From Chloroflexota bacterium (GTDB taxonomy: Bacteria > Chloroflexota > Dehalococcoidia > SM23-28-2 > RBG-16-64-32), in NCBI GenBank assembly GCA_005880075.1, contig VBJT01000122.1, forward strand, positions 1-33,025: a stretch of DNA of 33,025 nucleotides, in the 5' to 3' direction. Made by a program: the position numbers and the translations under genes. The notes beneath the pieces were generated by a model. That model saw nothing but the letters and a program-made list of their open reading frames with translations, had not been told where the DNA came from and made no database searches. This document shows, piece after piece, positions 18,693-27,864 of the stretch (position 1 is its first letter; every line of letters starts with the position of its first letter).

Positions 18693-19939
18693 ACGAAGAG
18701 GAGCGGGCCGAATGGCTGGCCCGCGCCATCGACGATCTGCTTAACAAGGATCGTTCACGCCCCCAAGAACCCGCACCACCAAAATTCGAGCGACAGGAAC
18801 TCAACGCGCTGCTGCGCATCGCGAACGCGCGCGCTGAGCAGGGCGATGCGTCGATACAGACGGGCGTCCAGTACGAAGGCGCGGTCTGGCGACGAGTCCT
18901 CGAACGGCTGGACAGGCGCCGCACTTCGCGCGAGGTCCGGCCCCTCGACGCCAGCGAGCCGGCAAACCCGGAAGAAGCGATGGCTGCGAGGGCTCTCGAG
19001 GAAATGGAAATCGATGAGCTACGGGAAATCGCCCGCCTGCGCAGGATGATGGCCGAGCGGGCCGCCTCGATCGGAGAGTCGCAGCGGGACCGTGTCTGGG
19101 AGAGAGTTCAGTCACGTATTCAGGCGCAGCCCCGGAAGAGATGGCCGTTTACATTCTTTGTCCCGAGGACAAACAAGGCGCCTCTAGCCGGGGGCACGGA
19201 TGATCGCGCCGCTTCGGCAAGCCATTCGCTTCGTGAAGGGGAAAGGCGAGCGGCAGAGCGAAGCACGGAAGGTGCATACGCGGAAGAGGCCCATCCCGGC
19301 TTGGCCGGCGGCTGGCAGAAGACGGCAGCCGCGGCTGCGCTGGTCGTGTTGATCGCTGTCGCCCTTGCGCCCTTGCCGGTGACCGGCTTCGCCGAGCATC
19401 CCATTGCAGGCGTCCTGCGTTCCATCGGCGAGCACCTCGGCGTCAGAGAAGCCGGCGCGCCTCCCGCACCGCCACCCGTCACAGCCGTGGTCCGGGGCAG
19501 CGAGATTACGGCCGCCGAAGCGTCGGACCGGCTGGGCGTGCGGGTGGGAGTCCCGGTCACGCCCCCGTCGGGATTCGAGCTGACGTCGGCACGGTTCTTC
19601 GACCAGGCGCTCACTGCGGACGAGGGCGGTACATACGCGCTCACGTATTCGCGGGCAGGTGGATCGAGCGTGGTCATCTACCAGGAACGCGCGTCCGGAA
19701 AAGAGTTGAGCGTTGAGGGCGGCTCCGCGACTGACGTTGCTCTTTCGGACGGGACCGCGGGGACGTACGTCGAGGGGATGTGGCAGCCGGTGGACGGCAA
19801 GCTGGTCTGGAGCGCGGGCGGCGCGCAGACTCTCGTCTTCGAGCGCGGCGGGCTGCGGACGACAATCCAGTACACGGGCCCGCAGGCCGAAGCGCCCTCG
19901 CTGTTCGCGCTCGCGGACAGCATGTCATCCGCCCCCTGA
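18689..19939 (+). CDS. Putative membrane-anchored anti-sigma factor
   Basis: ATGA-coupled to the ECF gene; cytoplasmic helical N-domain, one TM helix (AAAAALVVLIAVALAPL), extracellular beta-rich domain. Confidence 0.75.
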   Translation: MNEEERAEWLARAIDDLLNKDRSRPQEPAPPKFERQELNALLRIANARAEQGDASIQTGVQYEGAVWRRVLERLDRRRTSREVRPLDASEPANPEEAMAARALEEMEIDELREIARLRRMMAERAASIGESQRDRVWERVQSRIQAQPRKRWPFTFFVPRTNKAPLAGGTDDRAASASHSLREGERRAAERSTEGAYAEEAHPGLAGGWQKTAAAAALVVLIAVALAPLPVTGFAEHPIAGVLRSIGEHLGVREAGAPPAPPPVTAVVRGSEITAAEASDRLGVRVGVPVTPPSGFELTSARFFDQALTADEGGTYALTYSRAGGSSVVIYQERASGKELSVEGGSATDVALSDGTAGTYVEGMWQPVDGKLVWSAGGAQTLVFERGGLRTTIQYTGPQAEAPSLFALADSMSSAP

Positions 19940-20003
19940 AAGCCGAAGCCCCTCCACAGCACTCCTTTACTCTGGCTACAATTAAAGCGACCGGAGGCTC
20001 GCC

Positions 20004-20468
20004 ATCAGAAAGCTACCCAGATTCTCAGGCCGTGTTACATTCGGCGCCCTTGCCCTGTCGGCCCTGATAATTACTGGCTTTCTGCTGCTATCCGGCTGGC
20101 TTAGCTCTGACGATAACTCAGGGGATCGGACGGCTGAGGCAGACGCCACGGGCCGAGTTCCTATGGTCGAGCCGGAAGGTACGGTACTGCCGGAAGTCAT
20201 GCCGACGTCGCCACCGCACATTATCATTAAGGGCCAGCAGGTGATGCTAGCGCCGGGGATGAGGTACTGGCGTTCGAGTCCAGAGGTGGACCCGGCCCCA
20301 CCATCGCCAATCCCCGAGCGCTGGATGGTGACGTATGACTCGGATCTCACCACGCTCGGAGACTCCTGGATTACATTCGATCTCGACTACAACCTACTGG
20401 CGAGCCATATACGCCCTGAGGATCAAGACGAATTCCAGCCGATTCTCGACGCGCTCGCGGCGCCGTAA
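20004..20468 (+). CDS. Hypothetical exported/membrane-anchored protein, possible ATC start
   Basis: The frame of ORF 20163 is open upstream through a signal/TM segment to ATC 20004, 6 nt after GGAGG; TACAAT at 19977-19982. Confidence 0.55.
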   Translation: MRKLPRFSGRVTFGALALSALIITGFLLLSGWLSSDDNSGDRTAEADATGRVPMVEPEGTVLPEVMPTSPPHIIIKGQQVMLAPGMRYWRSSPEVDPAPPSPIPERWMVTYDSDLTTLGDSWITFDLDYNLLASHIRPEDQDEFQPILDALAAP

Positions 20469-20544
20469 GCGCGTGCTCGATGTGGGTCGCAGGGGTAGCG
20501 TGGAGGCCTGAAAGGTGCGCCGCACAGGTGTCGCCGGACGGGGG

Positions 20545-20724
20545 TTATTCGATGTCTTCACGCGCGCGGCGTTCGCGCATCATCTCGTAGAGGAGGTTCT
20601 CTACAATCATGAGGAGGAGGAGGACCTGGCGCTGCTGGCGGCGGGACATGCGCCCCAGCATCTGGAGTAGTTCAGGGTCAATCTTTTCGGCGAGAGCGAG
20701 GCGGTCGTCCGGCAGGTCGGCCAT
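20545..20724 (-). CDS. 59-aa stand-alone XRE C-terminal domain protein (SinI-like antagonist candidate)
   Basis: MADLPDDRLALAEKIDPELLQMLGRMSRRQQRQVLLLLMIVENLLYEMMRERRAREDIE*; TAATG overlap with the upstream XRE stop; aligns with the C-domains of both XREs. Below the ORF-track cutoff. Confidence 0.8.
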   Translation of the reverse strand: MADLPDDRLALAEKIDPELLQMLGRMSRRQQRQVLLLLMIVENLLYEMMRERRAREDIE

Positions 20725-21206
20725 TAGCGACGGGCCCGCCTGAGCTCCGGATGTCCCTTCGAGACGGTCGTTACCGGCGAACGCTTCAGGGCGAGCGGGC
20801 CGGTGGTCACGCCGTCCGGGGTCGCCCAGTCAGGCCCGTTGGCGGTTACGGAGTAGCCGTTGAGCACTTGCTCCATACCCTGGAGGATGAGGAGCAAGCG
20901 GCGCTGGCGGTCCCGCGGCATTTTGCCGAGATAGCCAAGCAGGCCGGCATCTACCGTCGATTCGTAGTCCTGGTAGACCTGGCGGAGCATGCGCACGGTC
21001 GGATAGCCCGCAGCTTCGAAGAGCTCATCGGGATCGATCTGCATCGCCTGAGCGACGCGCAGCAAGACAGCCGCCGAGGGGTTCTTCACCTCGCCGTTTT
21101 CGAGTTGCGAGAGGTAGCCCTGGCTCACCGAGGAGCCGCTGGCGAGCTGTCCCTGGGTGAGACCGAGCTCATCGCGTATTTGCCTGATCCTGTCTCCTAA
21201 TCGCAT
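20724..21206 (-). CDS. XRE-family HTH regulator 2
   Basis: LGDRIRQIRDELGLTQGQLA...SQGYLSQLENGEVKNPS; GGAG SD before ATG 21206. Confidence 0.92.
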   Translation of the reverse strand: MRLGDRIRQIRDELGLTQGQLASGSSVSQGYLSQLENGEVKNPSAAVLLRVAQAMQIDPDELFEAAGYPTVRMLRQVYQDYESTVDAGLLGYLGKMPRDRQRRLLLILQGMEQVLNGYSVTANGPDWATPDGVTTGPLALKRSPVTTVSKGHPELRRARR

Positions 21207-21238
21207 CTTGTCGCTCCGCCTAACTGAGAGTCGCAAAA

Positions 21239-21267
21239 ATTGTCGATGCTCCTCGCCAGCTTGTCAA
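21239..21267 (-). promoter_or_regulatory. Putative housekeeping sigma promoter for XRE2 and the small protein
   Basis: TTGACA-N17-GACAAT on the minus strand. Confidence 0.6.
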
Positions 21268-21317
21268 TAATTCCTCTTGCCGCTGCCCCGAATCGATGGA
21301 CGGGGATCGGGTGCTCC

Positions 21318-21698
21318 CTAACTAGCGCTGGGCCTGGCGGCCGCTGTGGCTCCGCGCTCCATCCCCTTGAACAGCTTGAGCAGGCGTGCCTGCTGCTCTC
21401 TCGGAATTCGCGCCAGAAACGATAAGAGATCAGGGTCGACAGAGACCTCGTAGCGGCCCGCGTTCCCCTCCTCCTGCCCGATCTCCGCGTAGCCGGCCGC
21501 TTGCATGAGAACGCGGGGGTCGATATGGAGCGAGCGGGCCAGCCGAAAGATGACGGCCGCGCTCGGGTTCTGGACATCGTCGTTCTCGAGCTGCGATAGG
21601 TAGCCCTGGCTGAGCTCCGCCTGGGCAGCAAGCTGCGCCTGGCTCATACTGAGCTCGTCCCGAAGACCCCGGATTTTCTTTCCCAGCGACACCCGCAT
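21318..21698 (-). CDS. XRE-family HTH regulator 1
   Basis: LGKKIRGLRDELSMSQAQLA...SQGYLSQLENDDVQNPS; 6 nt downstream of tadC. Confidence 0.92.
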   Translation of the reverse strand: MRVSLGKKIRGLRDELSMSQAQLAAQAELSQGYLSQLENDDVQNPSAAVIFRLARSLHIDPRVLMQAAGYAEIGQEEGNAGRYEVSVDPDLLSFLARIPREQQARLLKLFKGMERGATAAARPSAS

Positions 21699-21704
21699 AT
21701 CTCC

Positions 21705-22589
21705 TTACGAGAGGGACTGAGCGATGCGGATGGCAGCCGGCCCGAGAATAACGAGCAGGAAAGCCGGGAAAATGAACAGCACGAGCGGGAAAAGCATCTT
21801 GATCGGCGCCTCGTGGGCAGACTTCTCGGCCCGCTGCCGGCGCTTGGTACGAAGCTGATCAGACTGCACGCGAAGCACCTGCGCGATGCCGACACCAAGC
21901 TGCTCGGCCTGAATGATCGAGGTGATGAACGTGGTGAGCTCCTCAACACCAATGCGCTGTTCCAGTTCGGTCATCGCCTCCCTACGCATCTTACCCATCG
22001 CGACGTCGCGCAACATGCGAGAAACAACGCGGGCGAGAGCGGCGTCCAGACCGAGGCCGGCCTCCACACAGGTGGTGATCAGGTCCATCGCGTCGGGCAT
22101 GGCCCGGATCACCAGCTTCTGACGGGCCTTTACTTTGCCCTTGAGCCAGATGCGCGGGAACACGAAGCCAAGGGCCGCGAACATTACAACAAAGAGCAGT
22201 TTCTGAATGAGCAGGCTGCCGGGAAGGACGACGAAGAAGACGAGGCCCAGTCCGGTAAACGTTGAGAAGAGTACCCCCCAGAAAGTGAGATACGTTTGAA
22301 GGGTCATAGGATGGCCCGCCATCATCAGCTGTTTCTGTATGTCGGACAAGACCGAAGCTGGAAGCACCGAACTGATGGTGCGGGAGAACCCTTCGATGGT
22401 CGGCCTGAGTACTCGCTCGCCGAAGGGAAGTTCCAGGTTTACCTCATCCTCTTCCATAGAGACCGCGCGAGTGCGAAAGTCCTGAATTCGGGATTCCATG
22501 CTGGTGCCGCGCTTAGCGCCGCCGAACATGGCGTAGACGATGGACATTATCGCCCCAAAGACAGATACAGCTGCGAATGCGATGATCAT
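21705..22589 (-). CDS. tadC: Tad pilus assembly protein TadC (T2SS-F family)
   Basis: PDAMDLITTCVEAGLGLDAAL, QAEQLG, APIKMLFPLVLFIFPA; probable short in-frame deletion near 22025. Confidence 0.88.
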   Translation of the reverse strand: MIIAFAAVSVFGAIMSIVYAMFGGAKRGTSMESRIQDFRTRAVSMEEDEVNLELPFGERVLRPTIEGFSRTISSVLPASVLSDIQKQLMMAGHPMTLQTYLTFWGVLFSTFTGLGLVFFVVLPGSLLIQKLLFVVMFAALGFVFPRIWLKGKVKARQKLVIRAMPDAMDLITTCVEAGLGLDAALARVVSRMLRDVAMGKMRREAMTELEQRIGVEELTTFITSIIQAEQLGVGIAQVLRVQSDQLRTKRRQRAEKSAHEAPIKMLFPLVLFIFPAFLLVILGPAAIRIAQSLS

Positions 22590-22598
22590 TTGTGGCTC

Positions 22599-23588
22599 CT
22601 AAATCTCAATCGCCATGATTCGCTTCATGGAGAAGTAGCCCATGAGCTGGAGGCCGATTGCCGCGACCAGCATGCCCTTGCCGATCGTCTAGGTGATGAG
22701 GAGGCTCATGTAACCCGGGTTCATAACCATGAAGATCGCGAACATGAACACCGGGAGGCCGCCGATAACGATACCCGTCATCTTCTGCTGGGCCACCAGC
22801 GTATTGATCTCGCCCCGGATGCGCTCCCGCTCGCGCATGGTACTCGCAACCTTGTCCAGAATCTCGGCCAGGTTGCCGCCGACCGTGCGCTGTATATTGA
22901 TCGCGGTGAGGACCATATCGAGGTCGCTGCTGTCGATGCGCTCGCCGACGGCGTTCAGAGCATCCTCAGCGCCCATGCCCAGGTTGGAGTCGCGAAGCAT
23001 CCTGCGGATCTCCAGGGAGATTGGGGGCTGCATTTGCCTCGAGGCGAACTCGAAACTCTGCATAAGGCCGTAACCGGACTTAAGCGAGTTCGAGACTAAG
23101 CCAAGAAGGTCGACGAGTTGCTGGTTGATTTTGTTTAGCCGCGACTTCTTCTTGTTGTTCACCCACATAGCGGGCAGCATATAGCCGACCACCGAAAGGC
23201 CAATGCCGAGAAACAGGTTGAAGGCGGCGAAGCCGAAAACGAAAGGAATGACGAGAAAGAGCGCCGCCATACCCCAACGAATCAGGTAGAATTCGCCGAC
23301 GCGCAGGGGGACGGCCGCACGCTCGAGGTGAATGGCCATCGCCTCCGAGCCGCCAAACTGGGCAAGGAATGTGCTGAGCACGGGTAGGCCGCTGTAAGAG
23401 CGCTTCTCTCGGAAGGTGGCTTTGCCCGGCGCGGCAGTGCTCTGCGGAAGCGGCCCTCCTCCGGAACGAAAAGCTTCCAGCCGCGAGCTCATCGGGTCGT
23501 CCTGCCCGCCCCGGCTTGTAAGGCCAACAGCTGCCAGGATGAACGCGAAGAAGATGGTGATAGCAATGCCGATAATAAGTGGGTCCAT
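22599..23588 (-). CDS. tadB: Tad pilus assembly protein TadB, with an in-frame TAG at 22689-22691
   Basis: SNSLKSGYGLMQ, IQRTVGGNLAEILD; after the TAG the frame continues TIGKGMLVAAIGLQLMGYFSMKRIMAIEI*, a typical TadB end. Confidence 0.85.
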
Positions 23589-23590
23589 GA

Positions 23591-24958
23591 TTACCTCGCG
23601 CGGGCCAGGAACAGCCCGTCCGGGAGTTTGATCCCGGACTGTTCGAACTGCTCGGTAAATGTGGGCCGGATGCCCGTAGGCGACATCAGCCCTTCGATCT
23701 TGCCCTCAGGGCTGACGCCGGTCTGCTGGAATCGGAAAAGGTCCTGCAGGGTGATGATCTGCCCTTCCATTCCGCTGACCTCAGTGACGTGAGTAACGCG
23801 CCGGACACCGTCCGTGAACCGCGAGAGCTGGACAATGAGGTGCAGGGCCGAAGCAACCTGCTCGCGGATCGCCCTGTCCGGCAGCTCGAGGCCGGCCATG
23901 AGGACCATGTTCTCGACACGGGCGAGCCCGTCTCGCGGAGAGTTGGCGTGGACGGTGGACATAGAGCCTTCGTGGCCGGTGTTCATGGCGTTGAGCATGT
24001 CGAACGCCTCCTGGCCTCGGATCTCGCCGATGATGATCCTGTCAGGCCGCATGCGCAGTGTGTTGCGCAGGAGGTCTCTCTGGGATACCTCGCCGCGGCC
24101 GTCTATATTGGCCGGCCGCGCCTCCAGACTGACGATGTGCGGCTGCTGCATCTTGATTTCGACCGGGTCCTCGATGGTGATAATGCGCTCTGTTTCAGGG
24201 ATATACGCCGAGAGCGCATTGAGGAACGTGGTCTTGCCGGTACCCGTACCGCCCGAGATGAGGATGTTCAGTTTGACCTGCACGCAGGCCTTCAGGAACT
24301 CCACCATGTCTTCGGTGATGGTGCTGGCGTTGACGAGGTCGTTCATCTGGAGCTTGTCGGCGCGGAATTTTCGGATGGTAATAGTCGGGCTCTTCGGCGC
24401 GACGGGTGGAATCACGACGTTGACACGCGACCCGTCCGGCAGGCGCGCGTCCACCATTGGAGACGACTCATCGACACGCCGTCCAATCGGCGCGATGATC
24501 CGCTCAATGACGCGCGCGATGTGCTGGTCGTCGCGGAAGCGGACGTCGCTCAGGTAGAGGATACCCTCGCGCTCGAAGTAGACCTCGTCGGGCCGGTTGA
24601 CCATGACCTCTGAAATCGAGGGGTCGCGCATGAGAGCGTCGATCGGCCCCAGGCCGACGACCTCGTCGACGACGCGCGACACGATCTGGTCGCGGGTGAT
24701 GCCACCGACGCCGGGCATCTCACGCCGCAGCAGCGTCTCGGCCGCCTGCTCGACGACTTTGCGGCGCTCATCTGCGGGCATGGCGCTGATCTGGTCCGCA
24801 TCCAGCTCATCGATGAGCATCTGGTGCATGCGGAAGATAAGCTGCTCCATATCCTCGTTGTAGCGGCCAGGCGTCGTCCGGCTCGGGCCCATGGCCGGCC
24901 GTAGAGTGGGTGCCTGGGGTCTGCCTGATTGAAAGCTTGTCATCTTGTCACTCCACAC
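23591..24958 (-). CDS. cpaF: Tad pilus assembly ATPase TadA/CpaF
   Basis: VDARLPDGSRVN, GGTGTGKTT, LRMRPDRIIIGEIRG, AMNTGHEGSMSTVHAN. Confidence 0.95.
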   Translation of the reverse strand: MWSDKMTSFQSGRPQAPTLRPAMGPSRTTPGRYNEDMEQLIFRMHQMLIDELDADQISAMPADERRKVVEQAAETLLRREMPGVGGITRDQIVSRVVDEVVGLGPIDALMRDPSISEVMVNRPDEVYFEREGILYLSDVRFRDDQHIARVIERIIAPIGRRVDESSPMVDARLPDGSRVNVVIPPVAPKSPTITIRKFRADKLQMNDLVNASTITEDMVEFLKACVQVKLNILISGGTGTGKTTFLNALSAYIPETERIITIEDPVEIKMQQPHIVSLEARPANIDGRGEVSQRDLLRNTLRMRPDRIIIGEIRGQEAFDMLNAMNTGHEGSMSTVHANSPRDGLARVENMVLMAGLELPDRAIREQVASALHLIVQLSRFTDGVRRVTHVTEVSGMEGQIITLQDLFRFQQTGVSPEGKIEGLMSPTGIRPTFTEQFEQSGIKLPDGLFLARAR

Positions 24959-26198
24959 TTACTTCAGTTTTGTCTTCAGGGACCGATCCAAGGATCCGGC
25001 TAAGCAGGCCGCCCTTCTGCACTTCTCTTGGCTTGGGCGCCTGTTGCTGCCGCCGGACCCCGCTTAGCGCGTAAGCCATTTCCGTCAGGCTCTCGGACGC
25101 CTTGGACTGGGGCTTCGCGACCACCACCGGCATGCCCAGCTGCGTGGCGGCGCTAATGTTGCGGTCGTAAGGCACCGCCCAGAAGACGTCGCGGCCCAGC
25201 ATTCGCCGGATTTCGTGGGGCTGGACATTACTGGCCTCGTTGGTCGAATTAATTACGAGTTTGATCTTGTCCTGCGGAAAGTTCCAGGAGCGCAGCATGT
25301 CGATGGCGAGCAGGGTGTCCTTCAGGCTCGCCATATCGACCGTGCAGATGAGGACAACCATAGTTGCCATCTCCAGCGCCCGGGCGACGATGTCGTTGAA
25401 GGTGCCGGGCGTGTCCAGGATGACGTAGTCGTGGGTCTGCATGAGCAGGGTGACAACGCGCTCGATGTGGCCGGCGTGGACGTTGCGCCAGTCCGTGGGC
25501 CGGATCGGCGCAGGAAGGATCGTGACGCCGGTGTTGTGCGTGTACGTGCACTCCTCGACGATCTCGCGCGTAATATCTTCCTCTGGCATCGCCAGGTCCG
25601 CGATGCTCCGCTCGACCGGGATGTCCATGAGAATCGCGACGTCACCGAACCGCGTGTCGAGGTCAACGACGACGACCGACTGTTTGGTCTTCTGAACGAG
25701 CGCGGTCGCGAGGTTGGTGGCGATCGTCGTCTTGCCGATGCCGCCCTTGGCGCCGAATACGGTGACGACCGTGCCCGCGGCGATCGGTTCGTCCGTTTCG
25801 CCTGCGAGCCTGGCCCGGCGCCGTTCCTCCTGTGCGAGGACCGCGTGGATGGAGTTGATTAGCTCCTCTTCCTTCACGGGGCTGCCGAGGTAGTCCTTGA
25901 CACCCGCCACCATCGCCTTACGCATCGGCCCGGAGCCCTTGATCGAGGAGTGGCCGATGATTGGGGACTGCGGCAGGAGGTCCGCCAGGGCCTCGACCGT
26001 TTGTAGCGCCCGGATCTGGGGCTCTTCGATGGCGATTACGACCACATCCGGCTCGGTCTTCTTGGCCAGCGAGACGGCCTCGATGCCGTAGCCCGCCTCT
26101 CCGAGGACGCTGAACCCGGAAAGGGCGAGCATCTTCTGCACCTCGTCCCGGCTTACGGGTTCGGGGCCAATCACAATCACGCGTGGATTACGTGCCAT
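24948..26198 (-). CDS. cpaE: CpaE/TadZ (pseudo-receiver plus MinD/ParA-like ATPase)
   Basis: N-terminal receiver lacking the phospho-Asp (DVVVIAI); KGGIGKTT deviant Walker A; VILDTP. Confidence 0.88.
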   Translation of the reverse strand: MARNPRVIVIGPEPVSRDEVQKMLALSGFSVLGEAGYGIEAVSLAKKTEPDVVVIAIEEPQIRALQTVEALADLLPQSPIIGHSSIKGSGPMRKAMVAGVKDYLGSPVKEEELINSIHAVLAQEERRRARLAGETDEPIAAGTVVTVFGAKGGIGKTTIATNLATALVQKTKQSVVVVDLDTRFGDVAILMDIPVERSIADLAMPEEDITREIVEECTYTHNTGVTILPAPIRPTDWRNVHAGHIERVVTLLMQTHDYVILDTPGTFNDIVARALEMATMVVLICTVDMASLKDTLLAIDMLRSWNFPQDKIKLVINSTNEASNVQPHEIRRMLGRDVFWAVPYDRNISAATQLGMPVVVAKPQSKASESLTEMAYALSGVRRQQQAPKPREVQKGGLLSRILGSVPEDKTEVSVE

Positions 26199-26237
26199 CG
26201 CCTTCCTTAGCTCCCTTCAGACTCTGCCGCCTGGCTC

Positions 26238-27095
26238 CTATTGGCCGAGGGCCGAAACACCCAGGACTTTGGCACAGGTCGGAGGCGGACCGTCGGCCGG
26301 CCACTGCGTGCGGTTGGAGAGCGCTTGACCGTCTCCGACGCCGCGCAGCGAGACGGACAAGCGGCCGCCGTGGTTGTGCGCACATGTTTCGGCCATCGCC
26401 ACAGTCTCACCCTGTATCGGCGATACACCAAGGGTCATGCTCGTGGCCGCCTGGTTAGCCTGCGTGGATTTACTGGGATCGCTGCTAGCCTCGGCATTTG
26501 GGTTGGTCGTCGTCTGGTCAACGGCCAGGACTTTTGCGTTCTGGATGATGGTGGCCGCCAACTGGTCCGATGTGCCCTGCGTGTCCCCTTCGGGCTTGAC
26601 CTGCACGATCAGAATCACGTCCACGAAGTCGCCGGGCCGGATGTTTCCGCCGGCGCCGATGACGCTGCTCAGCTCAATTGAGACCGCGCGCTGGCCCGGG
26701 TCGATGATGAGTGCCAGCGGCGGCTTGTCGCCAAATGCACTGATATTCGTAGTGCCGGTGACCTTGGTCTGGATGATCTGTTCGCCCGCAACAAGAGGCA
26801 CTCGCGTCACCTGACCGGACAGCCCCTCGACGCTCGAGAAAGCGCCGGCGAGCTGGGTGCCCTGGGGGATGCTTTCGACTCGGAGCATGGCGGCAGTCAG
26901 GCGCGTGCCGGCGGGAATCTCCTGTGCCGCGACAACTGTCGGCGCACCTTCACCGTTGCTGCTCGTGGAGCCGCCTTCGTCCTTGGCGCTGGTCAGGTAG
27001 ACCACCACGAGGACCGCTGCGACGAGGCCCAGGATGAGCCCGAGGATAAGCGGGAGTCTGCTGCCGCCCTTGGAAAGGGCCATACCTTTAATCAT
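26238..27095 (-). CDS. cpaB: Flp pilus assembly protein CpaB/RcpC
   Basis: TM helix, SAF domain (VVAAQEIPAGTRLT), GQRAVSI, IRPGDFVDVI, KVLAVDQ. Confidence 0.92.
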   Translation of the reverse strand: MIKGMALSKGGSRLPLILGLILGLVAAVLVVVYLTSAKDEGGSTSSNGEGAPTVVAAQEIPAGTRLTAAMLRVESIPQGTQLAGAFSSVEGLSGQVTRVPLVAGEQIIQTKVTGTTNISAFGDKPPLALIIDPGQRAVSIELSSVIGAGGNIRPGDFVDVILIVQVKPEGDTQGTSDQLAATIIQNAKVLAVDQTTTNPNAEASSDPSKSTQANQAATSMTLGVSPIQGETVAMAETCAHNHGGRLSVSLRGVGDGQALSNRTQWPADGPPPTCAKVLGVSALGQ

Positions 27096-27140
27096 GCGTA
27101 CACCTCGACATAGAGAAATGTGCTGCTTGGTTCAGAAAGA

Positions 27141-27169
27141 AAGATGGTTTGCTCTCCAGTGGCGTTACA
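27141..27169 (-). promoter_or_regulatory. Putative ECF promoter of the cpaB-cpaE-cpaF-tadB-tadC-xre operon
   Basis: TGTAAC-N17-CATCTT. Confidence 0.7.
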
Positions 27170-27310
27170 ATGTTTACCGATTAATCCGGTCATTTTTCTT
27201 AAGTCCGGCCGGCTGGCAATCCGGCGCTCCCGACCGAGGGACCGATTGCCGGCGACGCCCTGCGGGGCTCCCGACATTGAGGTCCAGGCGGGCGGGCAAG
27301 GTGTTCCTCT

Positions 27311-27340
27311 AAAGAAAGAGCGGGCGCGTTGTGCGCCCGC
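27311..27340 (-). terminator. Intrinsic terminator after tadE
   Basis: GCGGGCGC-ACAAC-GCGCCCGC followed by UCUUUCUUU. Confidence 0.75.
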
Positions 27341-27402
27341 GTGTTGTCGTTTTGTTTCCGCCGGCAATTTATTCCGCCGGCTCGGACCTCCGCTGTATGG
27401 GT

Positions 27403-27864
27403 TCACTCCAACCGCATATCAGCCGTCGAAGTGAACTTCAGCGTCGGGCCGATTTTACCGCCGCTTATTAAGCCGAGCATGTTGTCAAGAGGGGTGATCA
27501 GGTCGTAGTCGTAATCAACCTTCACCACAACCGACGAGCCCGGCGTGCCCTGTGCGTTAGTGACGGTCGAGGTGAGCTTCGCCTGGTTCAGCGACTCGGC
27601 CGTTTCCTTGACGCGGCAGGTGATATTCGTGGCTTTCGTGCTGGGATCGTTATCGCAGGCGCCGGAAGCAGGAGCTCTGACCGCCCCAAGCCGAGCACCC
27701 TCGCGGGCTGAGTTAGTTACTGTGAGCCAGGCGTGGAAGCCGAGACCGAAGTCGATGATGGCGAAGACCAAAATGAGGAAGATCGGCAAGACGAGGACGA
27801 ATTCGGCCAGGCTCTGGCCCTTTTCGCCCTTTCGCAAGAGTCCCTTTGTGCGCTTGGTAGTCAT
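27403..27864 (-). CDS. tadE: TadE/TadG-family pseudopilin
   Basis: KGQSLAEFVLVLP, NSAREGARLG; ATG 27864 follows a GAAGGGA SD-like sequence. Confidence 0.9.
   Translation of the reverse strand: MTTKRTKGLLRKGEKGQSLAEFVLVLPIFLILVFAIIDFGLGFHAWLTVTNSAREGARLGAVRAPASGACDNDPSTKATNITCRVKETAESLNQAKLTSTVTNAQGTPGSSVVVKVDYDYDLITPLDNMLGLISGGKIGPTLKFTSTADMRLE

Noticed and set aside
24948-26198. Receiver domain lacking the phospho-Asp in CpaE
   Set aside because: Atypical receiver domains are the known state for TadZ/CpaE.
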